IMG/VR virus record: IMGVR_UViG_3300043395_000857
Coordinates: 1-24,200 of that record
Source: a virus
Lineage: Duplodnaviria > Caudoviricetes
Direction: 5' to 3' (one strand)
Length of the DNA stretch: 24,200 nt
A program made the translations under genes and the position numbers. Shown piece by piece: positions 14,201 to 24,200 of this stretch; position 1 is the first letter of the stretch; each line of letters starts with the position of its first letter. The notes under the pieces were generated by a model, which was not told the DNA's origin, did not search any database, and saw only the letters and a program-made list of their open reading frames with translations.

Positions 14201-17200
14201 ATGTCGATCTTATTGGTGCTGGTGGTGGTATTCATATTTTTAACTATGAACCAATAACAGTAACTGCATCTGGTTCCATTGGAGTTTCCACATTAACCGG
14301 ACAGAATTTTAATGCAGTGCTTCAACCAGTGTTTCGGGGAAGTATTGAATCTGTTCATGTTCAGAATGGAGGAAATAATTTTGGATCTGATGATATATTG
14401 AATTATAACAGACAACCAGAATTTTTGCTCTTAAATGGAAGTGGGTCTCAATTAACACCCGTAATTAACAACGGATCAATTGTTGACGTGATCATTAATG
14501 ATCCCGGCATTAACTATAATTCGGCACCAAATATAATAGTTCATGGAAGTGGATCTGGTGCATTATTAACTCCGATAGTTTCTAATGGAACCATCACTTC
14601 AGTAAATGTTGTGTTTGGTGGAATCGGATATTTAGATTCCGATACTAGTCTTGAAGTAATACCAGCAGGACAATCTGCAAAATTTGAATGTTCTATTAAA
14701 TCTTGGAATATTAATTTATTTGAAAGATTTTTACAAACAAATCAAATTACGAATGATGATGGTATTCTTGAGGATAGTTTTTCTGGTTTTGGAATTCAGT
14801 ACTTCCATCTTTATTCTCCAAGAAAATTAAGGTCTTCTGTTCTTGCAACAAGATATAAAGATGGTCAAATTTTTTATCAACCAGATTTACAGATTGTTAA
14901 TGGAAGAGAAGTAGTATCAAATGCACACTCTCCGATTATTGGATGGGCTTATGATGGAAATCCAATCTATGGTCCGTATGGATATTCATCAATTACTGGT
15001 GGATCTGTTAGATCAATGGTTTCTGGTTATCAGTTAAAACTTAAACCAAATAGACCAAGTACGACTTTATATCCTGCTGGATTCTTTGTTGATGATTATG
15101 AGTTTATTGGTAATGGTGATCTTGATGAAAATAATGGAAGATTTTGTGTAACACCAGAATATCCTAATGGTGTTTACGCATACTTTACCACTATCAATTC
15201 TGGTGATGTAGAATCAGTTGGAGTTTTTAGAAATTATAAGTTACCAGTATTTCCATATTTTATAGGAAATACTTATAAATCAAAACCAGAAGGGTTTAAT
15301 TTCTTAAAATCATCTAATCAGTCGGATATTGATATTAACCAAACTAATTGGTTACGCAATACCACACCATATAATATTACAAAATCTAATAGTGGTTATC
15401 AGTTCTTATACAATCCAAACAAAATTAGAGAACAAATTTCTCATGTAAAATCAGTATCAAGTGGAACAATAAGTTCTGTTGGTATTTTGACAGGAGGAAG
15501 AGGGTATCAAGTAAATGACAAGGTTATTTTTAAAGATACAGATCTTTCTTCCAAAAAACCAGTAGCTAGTGTTTCTTTTGTTAAGGGGAAAACTGTAAGT
15601 TCTGTTAGTGTAGCAACTTCAGAGTTATCTAATTTGGAATTTTATCCATCAGGAAATGGATATGTTGCGTTTTCAACTACACCACATTACTTTAATAACA
15701 GAGATATTGTAACCTTTACTTCAGATTTTGAAAATTCTCAGACAGAAACTATTTCAAATTCAATAAACAGTTTAGTAGTATCTACTGGAATTGGATCAAC
15801 CGTATATACCGGTTTAGTCACTTATTTCAATGTAATTGGAAATCTGTCTGAAACATTCATAAAAGAAAATGACATTTATCAGATTCTTAATGAAAGAGTA
15901 AAAATATTAAACATTGATGCACCATCTTCTAGAGTAAGAGTTCTTAGGAACATTGGAGAAACAACAGGAATTAGTACATATTCTGTTGGTGTTGCGATAA
16001 CTGAAGTTACTAGAAAGTTGTATATTGACTTAAACATTCAAAATGATTACGATTACAAATTAAATAAGGAACTTTATTTTAATCCATCAGAATCTTTAGG
16101 TATAGGAACTACTTCTGGACCTGGAGTTGCAACTACATTAACTTTTTCAAATCCAGGGGTTGGTGCTACTCAAATCTCGATCCCTACAAGATCAATCTAT
16201 ATTCCAAATCATCAATTAACATCTGGAGATGAGTTGATTTATTCATCAAATGGTGGAAATCAGATATCAATTTCTACAGATGGTATATCTTCATATCAAC
16301 TGTCAGAAAACTCCGTTGTTTATGCAACAAGACTGACATCTGATCTAATTGGTATTAGTTCTTATAGAGTTGGTTTAGGAACTACTGGTTATTATGCTGG
16401 TATATCTACTTCAGCAAATCTCCTATATTTCACCAATCTTGGTTCTGGAGAAATTCACAGTTTTACCACCAATTATCAAAGTATATTAATTGGTAATATT
16501 TCTAAAAATGAGGCGACTGTTTCTACTGCTTCAACACATGGACTTAAATTGGGCGATTCTGTTATTGTAAATGTTATTTCTGGAATTTCTACTCAAATTT
16601 CAGTTTCTTATGATGATTACAATAGAAGAGCAGTTATCAATAAATTAAATTTCTTGGCTTCTGCAGTTGATATTGCTAGAAATACAATAACTATACCAAA
16701 TCATGGTTTATATACAAGCCAAAAGGTAATTTATACATCAACAGCACCTTCTGGAGGTCTTTCCAATGAAGGAATTTATTATGTTATCGTTGTTGACAAA
16801 AATACCATTAAACTTTCTAACAATTATTATTACTCATCTAGAGTAGAGAGAAATGAAGTAAACATAACATCATCATCCGATGGATCAATTTCCTCAATAA
16901 ATCCATCTATTAATCTGACAAATAAAAATACTCTGATATTTGATGTATCAAGTCCAACCCTTTCTTTCCTAAACAGTGGAATTTTGTATTCTGCTTTTGA
17001 TCTTGATTTTTATACAGATTCTAACTTTAAGTTTCCATTTGAATTTACAAATTCTAGTAACGTCGAAATTATAAAAACAGGAAGAGTTGGTATTGATACT
17101 AACGCAACAGTAACTTTAAAGGTAAATGATTCTACACCTAGAAAGTTATACTATAAACTTACTCCAACAAACCTTGAAATTATTCCAACGGTAAAGGAGG

Positions 17201-20200
17201 AAATTATAGTAGATGATGAAATAATTGATAATAGTTCAATAAACATTAAAGAAAGCATCTATAGTGGAAATCAAGTAATATCTGGAATTGCATCAACTGC
17301 TTTTACTTATCTACTATCAAGTACTCCAGAAAGATCTTCATACAATCAGGAAAATTCTTCAATATCATACATAACAAATTCAACTAGTGCTTATGGTGAA
17401 ATTGAATCAATATCCACAAACTATGGTGGACTCAATTTAAAATCTATTCCCGAAATTATAGATGTATCTTCGAAGTTTGGATCTGGTGAAGTTTTAGAGT
17501 TATCTACCGATAGCATTGGAAAAGTTATTAAAACTACCATTGATGACATTGGATTTGGTTATTCAAATGATTATTCGGTAAGACCAACGGCAAAACTTCC
17601 TGATGTTATAAAAGTAACACCACAAGCATCGTTTAAATCTATTGGAATAGCATCCGTAGGAAAAGGTTATTCTATTGCACCTGATCTTGTTGTTTTGGAT
17701 GGACTTGCAAATAAAGTTGTATCTGATGTAGATCTTAGATACAATTTAGACTCTAAAACAGTAACTATCTTAAAAAATACTAAGTCAATTAATAATGTAA
17801 CCCCGATTATTATTCCAGTTAACAATAATAATGGAGTTGGAATTAGTTCTATTAGATTTATCCCATCTTCAAAAGATGTTGTTGTTACTTTAGGTTCTAG
17901 TTTTAGTAATGTTTCTGATTTTCCATTTAATGTAGGAGATAAAGTTCTTATTGAAAATACTAGTGTTGGTGTTGGATCTACCGGAAAAGGATATAATTCA
18001 TCAAACTACAATTACACACTGTTTACCGTAGTAAATACTGATCCAAACATTGGAGGTGTTGGAGCTACTGTCTCTTATAACATTTCAAATTATCTTTCTG
18101 ACGGAGAAGTACCCGGCACATTTAATGTTGCAAATTCTTCAGGAAGAATTATTCCACAAAAGCATTTTCCAATATTTAATGTTGTTCTTGAGAAAAATAC
18201 TTTTAATAAGGGAGAAACTGTATTTTCTAATGAATCATCTGGAACTGTAGTCGATTGGAACGAAATAACTGAAACATTAAAAGTTTCTACTAACAACACG
18301 TTTAGTGTTGGCGAACTCATAACGGGTAGAACTTCAACTTCTAGTGGTTTAATCGGTAATATAACCATATCCAGATCAAACTATGTAGTTGGATCTGCTT
18401 CAACCGTTGTAAAAGGATGGCAAACGGAAACTGGATTCTTAGATAATCAATTCCAAAGAGTTCACGATAATGATTACTATCAGTATTTCTCATACTCCTT
18501 AAAATCTCAAATTTCTGTCGATACTTGGAATGATGCTGTAAGTAATTTAAATCACACTGCAGGATTTAAGAGATTCAGTGACTTGGTAGTTGAATCATCT
18601 CCAGTTATCTCAGGAATTAATACTGAACAAAACTTAGGAGATGTATCTGGAATTGCAGACCTTTCTCGTTCTATTGACCTCAATTGTGTTTATGATTTTG
18701 ATTTAGTTACCGAAAATAACTTTATTGTTGATGGAAGTTCCAGATCTGATGAAATATTATTTGGTTCTCGTGTTCTTCAAGACTATATTGAGTCTGTTGG
18801 AAATAGAGTTCTTTTAATTGATGATATTAGTGATGAATTTAATAGCAACCCAAGATCAACACAATTTAGTATTGTTGATACATTTAGATTAGATTCTAGA
18901 TCTGTCAAATACTTAACTTTTGTCAAAGACAGAAGATTCACTTCTCAGAAACAGGTATCTATAGTTTCTCTTGTTCATGATGGATCGACAGCATATATTA
19001 ATCAATATGGCGGAGTTGATACCTACTATGACATGGGATCCTTTGATTTTAGTATTACTGGACTTGATGGACATCTTCTCTTCTATCCAACAAAATCGAC
19101 AATTAATGATTATGATGTAAGTACAATTTCTTTCGACATTAGAGACTCTATTACTTCTATTGGATCTACAAATCTTGGAGATACTGTCTTTGTTGGTTCT
19201 GCCACTACTAATATTCCTTCTGGTACTTCATCCGCAATAACAATTGTTGGTATTGCTTCTACTTATAGATCATCTAAAGTTCTGGTTCAAATCGGAGCCA
19301 CAAATTCCTCTTATCATCAATTTGAGGAATTTACAGTTCTGCATGACGGAACTAATATCATATTGCAAGAATATGGTCAATTGAATACAGTTCATTTAGA
19401 ATCTGATTCAACTTTGGGATTAGGAACTTATCACGCATATTATTCAGGGTCAAATATCAATATTGATCTTATTCCATATACCACAACATCTATTCAATAT
19501 AACGTCAACTCTGCAAGAGTGTCAATATCAAGCACTCTTTCTGTTGGAGTTGGAACTGAAGTATTCAACGATGCTAGAATTCAATCTAGTTATATTGCTA
19601 TTTCATCTACTCCTACTCCAGGAATTACAACTGTAGCAAGTTATAGTTCAACTTACGAAGGTTGTTATTATATTGTTAGTGCAGAAGACTTGACAAATAA
19701 TCAATACCAAGTTTCTGAGGTTATCGTAGTTGATGCTGATAATGAGGCTTACATAACAGAGTTTGGTATCATACAAACTGGTTCATCTATTGGATTAATT
19801 GGAGCAACTGTAAATTCATCAGGTAATGTTGATCTTACATTTACTGCAAATGCAAATACTGATGTCCAAGTTAGGGTATACCAAAATCCAATAGGATTAG
19901 TTAATTCATCTATTGCAAATAGAACCATAGATTTTACTAATGCGTTTATAAGAACTGGATATGGATTCTATACTGGATCAGAAACTGATGTCAAGAGAGC
20001 ATTTGGACTGACTCACAAACAAAAACCAATCTTTGAAAGATATTTTGACGGAAGTAATTCTGATATAGTAAGTGTAACTAATAATACAATTACAATACCA
20101 GAACATTTCTTTATAACTGGTGAAAAAGTTATATACTCCTTTGCGGGAGCAGGAACTACACAAGCAATTGGTATTGCAACAACCACAATCAGTGGAGTTG

Positions 20201-23200
20201 GATCAACTGATAAGTTACCATCGTCTCTTTATATTGTAAAAGAAAGTGATCTTAAAGTTAGAGTGGCTGCATCTGCATCAGATGCTCTTCGCAATCCACC
20301 AAATGTTTTAGATATAACGACAGTTGGAATTGGAACTTCTCATAGGTTTGTTTCTACAAATCAAAATGCAAGAGTTTTGATTGGAATTGATAATCTTATT
20401 CAATCTCCAATCGTTGCAACTTCAGTAACCACAACAGCATCAAAGGAAGTTTCTATTGTAGATGATAGATTGACTTTCTCGGGAATTACATCCTTCTTTG
20501 GTGGAGATTTGGTTAAAGTTGATGATGAAATTATGAGAGTTGATTCAGTTGGTTTTGGATCAACTAACGTTGTCCTCATTCAAAGAGCATGGATGGGAAC
20601 TGGTATTGCAACTCATGCTGTCAATTCTACAATTACAAAAGTTAATGGTGATTTTAATATTGTAGGAAATACAATTAATTTTGTAACTGCTCCATATGGA
20701 CCAACTCCTATTGGATCAACTACAAATCCACCAGATAGTAGAGATTTTGTTGGCGTAGAAACTCATTCTACATTTAGTGGAAGATCGTTTATTAGATCTG
20801 GAATCCTAAATGGAGATTCTGAACCATATTCTCATAATTATATCTTCGATGATATATCTTCAGGATTTAATGGAACCAATAACACATTTACATTGAAATC
20901 GAACAGATCCAATATTTCTGGATTCTCTACAAGTAATGCAATTATTCTTATTAATGATATTTTCCAAGGTCCAGCAAGAGTTGGTGCTATTCAAATTGTT
21001 GGTGATTATGATCTCTCGGAAAACACCGGCATTACTTCTATAACGTTTACTGGATCAATATCTTCTACTTCTTACGATATTAATACAAGTAACCTCCCTC
21101 TTGGTGGAGTAATTGTTTCTGTAGGATCTACTTCTGGACTTGGATATCAACCTTTAGTTTCAGCAGGAGGAACAGCAACAGTTTCTATCGCAGGAACAAT
21201 TTCTCTGATTAGTATTGGAAATAGTGGATCTGGATATAGATCGGGAATACAAACCGTTAATGTTGGAGTGGCAACTTCCAGCACTGGAATTCCAAATATT
21301 ACCTACATTGGCATTGCAACAGTTGTAAATGGTCATGTCACTGGAGTTGCTATCACAAATCCAGGAACCGGATATACAACAACAAATCCACCTATTGTTA
21401 TTTTCGATGATCCTCTCTCATATTCAAATATTCCTCTTGTTTATAGTTCTTCTTCGAGTGGACTTGGAACTGCCGCCACTGCAGATATAGTAGTTGGTCA
21501 AGGTTCGAGTGTAATTTCATTTGAAATTAGAAATACTGGATATGGTTATGGTCAAGGTCAAGTTCTTACTGTTGCTATTGGGGGAACTACAGGAATCCCA
21601 ACAGATACCTCAGTTTCATTCCGAGAGTTTCAAATTATAGTTGAAGAAACTTTCACTGATGAATTTACTGGATGGACAATTGGAGACCTTCAAGTTATTG
21701 ATCCGATAGATTCTTTATTTGATGGCGAAAAAACTACTTTCCCAATTAAAATTAATGGAGAACAAACCACCATTAGATCTAGAAGAGGATCTAATATTGA
21801 AGTAAAGGCAAATCTGTTGATTTTCATCAATGATATTTTACAAGTCCCTGATGTTTCATACATCTTTAATGGTGGAAGTATCATTACATTTAAAGAAGCA
21901 CCAAAAGTAGGAGACACTTCCAAAATTCTCTTCTACAGAGGAACAGGTGATGTTGATACTATTAATGTCGATCTTTTAGAAACTGTTAAGGAAGGTGATA
22001 CTCTAAGAATCGATAGTGATATTGCAAGGTTTAAAGAAGATACTAGATTAGTCACTGATGTTGTATCAACTGACGTTGTTGAAACTAACGTATATCCAGG
22101 TCCTGGATTAACTCAAGATGAGACCTTTGCAAGACCTGTTGTATGGTGTAGACAAACTGAAGATAAAATTATTAATGGTCAGGAAGTTGGTAAAGATAGA
22201 ATTCTTTATGAACCACTGATTACTCCTACATCAAATATTATTCAGAATATTTCAGTTGCATCGACTCAAATTTTTGTTGAAAGTGTCAAAACATTTTTCG
22301 ATAGTGCAGATGAGTACCTACAGAACGGAACTAGTGAAGCACCTCAAAAGAAAGTTATTATTATCTCGCAAGATCAATTAGTAGCAGCTGCTGCTACTGC
22401 TATTGTTTCTGTTGGTGGAACTATATCCTCAATAGTCATTTCCGATGGTGGTGTTGGATACTCTACCAATCCTGTTGTGATTATTGAAAACCCAGTTGGA
22501 CTTGGAACAACACAGAGAGCAACAGCAACCTCAACAATATCTGTTGGAGGAACAGTTTCTTCGATTGCGGTTTCGAATCCAGGTGCGGGATATACAACAT
22601 CAAATTCACCAGTTGTTCTCATAGCACCACCAGATATTTCTAGAGAGGTTATTGATGTAGTTTCTTATGATGGAGATTTTGGTATTATTAGTGGAATAAA
22701 AACCACATCCGTTGGAGTTGCTTCTACGGGAATAGTGTTTGATCTATTCATTCCAAAAAATTCTTTCCTCAGAGATACAACTATCAATAGTGTTGGAATC
22801 GCTACAACAGGTGTAAGTGGCATACAAACTGGTTATTATTTTATGATCTTTAATTCAAATATTGGTTTTGGATTGACATCTTTAACTCAAAGTGGATCTG
22901 TTGTTGGAGTTGGAACTTCATTTATTGATAATGTTTACGAAGTTGCTTCGGTCTCAATTGGACAAACTGATGTTGTTGGAGTTGGACTAACATACGTTGC
23001 AAAAGTAACTGTAAGTGTATCGAATTATAATGGACTTTCTGGACTCGGATACAGCAACTTCTATGGAGAATATAGTTGGGGAAGACTTCACAATCTAACA
23101 AGAAATGATGCCAAGGCATTTACTTATTACAATAATGGACTTGTTGGTATATCAACCTCTGCTAAAGTTCAAAGATATAATCCTCTCAAATACCGTAACT

Positions 23201-23211
23201 ACGTTTCATAA
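11206..23211 (+). CDS. gp7: giant baseplate wedge initiator gp7-like virion structural protein (4001 aa)
   Basis: Lies between gp6 and gp8; FYSSKGTEGSFEILFRALYG N-terminal and DNDYYQYFSY...HTAGF internal motifs; many G-S-G-Y beta repeats. Confidence 0.85.
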   Translation: MAETRIKISSVVENQLPEFVKDEFPLVSEFLKQYYLSLESQGSTYDLISNLDQYVKVDNLSNLIDSTTLTSKVSFFDTTINVSSTAGFPNSYGLLLIDSEVITYTRKTATSFIGCIRGFSGTTSLDNSSNPDELVFTDSAVQEHSSSATVKNLSILFLQKFFTKLKTQVTPGFEDRTLFSGLNDGLFIKQAADFYSSKGTEGSFEILFRALYGKDVTVIRPQDYLIQPSDAHYRVTRDLVVENINGNINQLVNRTVYQDESSFLAKARGTVTQVERIQRANKDYYVLSLDIGYQRDIDVDGTIFGEFSIHPKTLCITSIKDVDSSVGGFTPSSTSLDVDSTVGFPQSGKLIVDLENGSQITITYTDKTLTQFLNCSGITQEIPSGTEIKSNFYAYGYDDSQQIVKFRVTGVLSDIELQNQNSSFSAGDPIKIKTLGDEIEEYKFNNWFFNVSTSYTTKSVELLDSSNNSYALNFYDEHSFVIGDRVSILPSFGRPGTEVFGTVISYRNKRSITVSGQGSLNSNQVYDVTKILSRFDSSNYPTLSKYTTNVQNVYADDEKSLYVASPSLPTYLNQKVTVNDRSVTFSGTFSGNNLTIQNHPFYTGDAVYYRSNGTGNNLGIPDGFYFVKKINSSTIQLSKSRANLYANKIVSVSGTVSNNKLEFSSFVSDSTLKTKQLEPQKLIRKVSTPVDDENQFQTLPGSTGILVNGVELLNYKSSSNIFYGPIEEITVTSPGSGYDIINPPVLQISDAVGSGATAYCNVKGNLDRIDVVDGGFDYLEEPKITISGGNGSLAEAKANLISFDHYVTFNASPTSGAINATTGQISFISDHKFRDYEQVVYDPQGQKVVGGLSTNSSYFVSVIDSTSIKLHSTYSDSILGVNTVSVANNGIGIQRFKSSNKKRKIGSITVTNPGSGYENKKRTSTVSGINTASNIINIQNHGYQNAEVLTYNFTESSVVGLSSTSTYYVTKVDDDNFKLSLVGTSTTQPININYVTKNYVDLIGAGGGIHIFNYEPITVTASGSIGVSTLTGQNFNAVLQPVFRGSIESVHVQNGGNNFGSDDILNYNRQPEFLLLNGSGSQLTPVINNGSIVDVIINDPGINYNSAPNIIVHGSGSGALLTPIVSNGTITSVNVVFGGIGYLDSDTSLEVIPAGQSAKFECSIKSWNINLFERFLQTNQITNDDGILEDSFSGFGIQYFHLYSPRKLRSSVLATRYKDGQIFYQPDLQIVNGREVVSNAHSPIIGWAYDGNPIYGPYGYSSITGGSVRSMVSGYQLKLKPNRPSTTLYPAGFFVDDYEFIGNGDLDENNGRFCVTPEYPNGVYAYFTTINSGDVESVGVFRNYKLPVFPYFIGNTYKSKPEGFNFLKSSNQSDIDINQTNWLRNTTPYNITKSNSGYQFLYNPNKIREQISHVKSVSSGTISSVGILTGGRGYQVNDKVIFKDTDLSSKKPVASVSFVKGKTVSSVSVATSELSNLEFYPSGNGYVAFSTTPHYFNNRDIVTFTSDFENSQTETISNSINSLVVSTGIGSTVYTGLVTYFNVIGNLSETFIKENDIYQILNERVKILNIDAPSSRVRVLRNIGETTGISTYSVGVAITEVTRKLYIDLNIQNDYDYKLNKELYFNPSESLGIGTTSGPGVATTLTFSNPGVGATQISIPTRSIYIPNHQLTSGDELIYSSNGGNQISISTDGISSYQLSENSVVYATRLTSDLIGISSYRVGLGTTGYYAGISTSANLLYFTNLGSGEIHSFTTNYQSILIGNISKNEATVSTASTHGLKLGDSVIVNVISGISTQISVSYDDYNRRAVINKLNFLASAVDIARNTITIPNHGLYTSQKVIYTSTAPSGGLSNEGIYYVIVVDKNTIKLSNNYYYSSRVERNEVNITSSSDGSISSINPSINLTNKNTLIFDVSSPTLSFLNSGILYSAFDLDFYTDSNFKFPFEFTNSSNVEIIKTGRVGIDTNATVTLKVNDSTPRKLYYKLTPTNLEIIPTVKEEIIVDDEIIDNSSINIKESIYSGNQVISGIASTAFTYLLSSTPERSSYNQENSSISYITNSTSAYGEIESISTNYGGLNLKSIPEIIDVSSKFGSGEVLELSTDSIGKVIKTTIDDIGFGYSNDYSVRPTAKLPDVIKVTPQASFKSIGIASVGKGYSIAPDLVVLDGLANKVVSDVDLRYNLDSKTVTILKNTKSINNVTPIIIPVNNNNGVGISSIRFIPSSKDVVVTLGSSFSNVSDFPFNVGDKVLIENTSVGVGSTGKGYNSSNYNYTLFTVVNTDPNIGGVGATVSYNISNYLSDGEVPGTFNVANSSGRIIPQKHFPIFNVVLEKNTFNKGETVFSNESSGTVVDWNEITETLKVSTNNTFSVGELITGRTSTSSGLIGNITISRSNYVVGSASTVVKGWQTETGFLDNQFQRVHDNDYYQYFSYSLKSQISVDTWNDAVSNLNHTAGFKRFSDLVVESSPVISGINTEQNLGDVSGIADLSRSIDLNCVYDFDLVTENNFIVDGSSRSDEILFGSRVLQDYIESVGNRVLLIDDISDEFNSNPRSTQFSIVDTFRLDSRSVKYLTFVKDRRFTSQKQVSIVSLVHDGSTAYINQYGGVDTYYDMGSFDFSITGLDGHLLFYPTKSTINDYDVSTISFDIRDSITSIGSTNLGDTVFVGSATTNIPSGTSSAITIVGIASTYRSSKVLVQIGATNSSYHQFEEFTVLHDGTNIILQEYGQLNTVHLESDSTLGLGTYHAYYSGSNINIDLIPYTTTSIQYNVNSARVSISSTLSVGVGTEVFNDARIQSSYIAISSTPTPGITTVASYSSTYEGCYYIVSAEDLTNNQYQVSEVIVVDADNEAYITEFGIIQTGSSIGLIGATVNSSGNVDLTFTANANTDVQVRVYQNPIGLVNSSIANRTIDFTNAFIRTGYGFYTGSETDVKRAFGLTHKQKPIFERYFDGSNSDIVSVTNNTITIPEHFFITGEKVIYSFAGAGTTQAIGIATTTISGVGSTDKLPSSLYIVKESDLKVRVAASASDALRNPPNVLDITTVGIGTSHRFVSTNQNARVLIGIDNLIQSPIVATSVTTTASKEVSIVDDRLTFSGITSFFGGDLVKVDDEIMRVDSVGFGSTNVVLIQRAWMGTGIATHAVNSTITKVNGDFNIVGNTINFVTAPYGPTPIGSTTNPPDSRDFVGVETHSTFSGRSFIRSGILNGDSEPYSHNYIFDDISSGFNGTNNTFTLKSNRSNISGFSTSNAIILINDIFQGPARVGAIQIVGDYDLSENTGITSITFTGSISSTSYDINTSNLPLGGVIVSVGSTSGLGYQPLVSAGGTATVSIAGTISLISIGNSGSGYRSGIQTVNVGVATSSTGIPNITYIGIATVVNGHVTGVAITNPGTGYTTTNPPIVIFDDPLSYSNIPLVYSSSSSGLGTAATADIVVGQGSSVISFEIRNTGYGYGQGQVLTVAIGGTTGIPTDTSVSFREFQIIVEETFTDEFTGWTIGDLQVIDPIDSLFDGEKTTFPIKINGEQTTIRSRRGSNIEVKANLLIFINDILQVPDVSYIFNGGSIITFKEAPKVGDTSKILFYRGTGDVDTINVDLLETVKEGDTLRIDSDIARFKEDTRLVTDVVSTDVVETNVYPGPGLTQDETFARPVVWCRQTEDKIINGQEVGKDRILYEPLITPTSNIIQNISVASTQIFVESVKTFFDSADEYLQNGTSEAPQKKVIIISQDQLVAAAATAIVSVGGTISSIVISDGGVGYSTNPVVIIENPVGLGTTQRATATSTISVGGTVSSIAVSNPGAGYTTSNSPVVLIAPPDISREVIDVVSYDGDFGIISGIKTTSVGVASTGIVFDLFIPKNSFLRDTTINSVGIATTGVSGIQTGYYFMIFNSNIGFGLTSLTQSGSVVGVGTSFIDNVYEVASVSIGQTDVVGVGLTYVAKVTVSVSNYNGLSGLGYSNFYGEYSWGRLHNLTRNDAKAFTYYNNGLVGISTSAKVQRYNPLKYRNYVS

Positions 23212-23214
23212 ATA
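23207..23214 (+). promoter_or_regulatory. T4-type late promoter (CATAAATA)
   Basis: 7/8 match, overlapping the gp7 stop, 17 nt before ATG 23232. Confidence 0.65.
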
Positions 23215-23231
23215 GATAAAAAACTCATAAA

Positions 23232-24200
23232 ATGTCTGCAATTATAACTGATCAATTAAGAATACTGAATGCCAAGAGTTTTGTTTCTGTAGCAACCTCT
23301 TCTTCAAATTCTTATTATGCTTTTGTAGGTCTTCCCAATGCAAATGATTATTCATCTACTTGGGACGTAACTCCTCCAGCACCAAAGGATAACTTTGATC
23401 AGGAGAATGATTATTGGGATACAATGATTGCTCTTAAAAAAATTGGAGAAGATGATGTAAAGCAAGTTGTTCGCAAAGTCACTTGGCAGTCAGGAACAAC
23501 TTATGACATGTATCGTCATGACATTAGTAGAACTAATACTTCCAAACCTTCTGGGGCAACTAGTTTATATTCTGCAAATTATTATGTCGTAAACAGTGAT
23601 TATAAGGTTTATATTTGTTTGCAGAATGGCACTTCTCCAGAAAATCCAGAAGGAAGACCCTCACTTGATGAACCAACTTTTGTTGATTTAGAACCAAGAT
23701 CTGCTGGAACAAGTGGTGATGGGTATCTTTGGAAGTATCTCTACACCATCAAACCAAGTGATATTATCAAATTTGATTCTATTAACTTCATTCCTGTTCC
23801 TAAGAATTGGGAAACTAGCACTGAGAATGCTTCAGTTAGAAATAATGCAGCAACTAGTGGTCAGTTAAAGATTGTCACTATTACTAATCGTGGCGTTGGT
23901 CTTGGAACTGCTAATAGAACTTACACTAGAGTGCCTATTAAAGGTGATGGTAGTGGAGCCGAGTGCACTATTACTGTTAACAATGATTCAAAGGTAGAGT
24001 CGGTTGTAATTTCTAAAGGTGGATCTGGATATACTTATGGTACTGTTGATATTGCTGCAGGTAATGTCCCCTCTGGTACAACAGCACCTGTTTTTAACGT
24101 CATTATTCCACCTCAAGGAGGTCATGGAGCAGACATTTATAGAGAATTAGGTGCTTATAATGTAATTGTTTATTCTAGAATTGAAAATGATTTAGAAAAT
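23232..24200 (+). CDS. gp8: baseplate wedge subunit gp8 (5' part, runs off the window)
   Basis: Translated by hand: MSAIITDQLRILNA...W.SGTTYDMY...YKVYICLQNG...DGYLWKYLYTI...PPQGGHGAD; open to the window end. Confidence 0.92.
   Translation, partial: MSAIITDQLRILNAKSFVSVATSSSNSYYAFVGLPNANDYSSTWDVTPPAPKDNFDQENDYWDTMIALKKIGEDDVKQVVRKVTWQSGTTYDMYRHDISRTNTSKPSGATSLYSANYYVVNSDYKVYICLQNGTSPENPEGRPSLDEPTFVDLEPRSAGTSGDGYLWKYLYTIKPSDIIKFDSINFIPVPKNWETSTENASVRNNAATSGQLKIVTITNRGVGLGTANRTYTRVPIKGDGSGAECTITVNNDSKVESVVISKGGSGYTYGTVDIAAGNVPSGTTAPVFNVIIPPQGGHGADIYRELGAYNVIVYSRIENDLEN

Noticed and set aside
8981-23119. Short ORFs nested in gp25 and gp7 (8981-9169, 18050-18250, 18090-18368, 19978-20163, 21690-21923, 22374-22622, 22922-23119)
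   Set aside because: Shadow frames expected from codon bias of the host genes; no independent expression signals seen.
11206-23211. Intein, intron or frameshift explaining the size of gp7
   Set aside because: Uninterrupted frame with no intein splice-junction or LAGLIDADG motifs noticed; size is explained by repeated beta modules.

Overview
Segment of a T4-like cyanophage (cyanomyovirus-type) genome; every credible gene is on the + strand. 1-5960 is an accessory 'early' island of about 22 very small, tightly coupled ORFs. It is partitioned by six near-identical copies (plus one half copy) of a 32-bp element, AAAGTTACTCACCTYSAAAGTGTACCTATAGT. Each full copy sits just after a stop codon, and in three copies the next ATG follows with no gap. 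The island includes a PD-(D/E)XK-like nuclease gene bracketed by a 13-bp duplication of the element's left part. 4802-5190 and 5960-6170 are structured non-coding blocks: terminator, AT-rich inverted repeats, 19-bp tandem repeats, divergent near-consensus sigma70 promoters, C/G tracts and a promoter embedded in a hairpin. They are candidates for an ncRNA locus and/or a replication origin. 6170-8865 holds small conserved-looking genes, a cupin (ManC C-terminal type) and a GT-A-like protein. 8890-24200 is the baseplate wedge module: gp25, gp6, a 4001-aa gp7-like protein and the start of gp8. Family assignments come from recalled motifs, not database searches.
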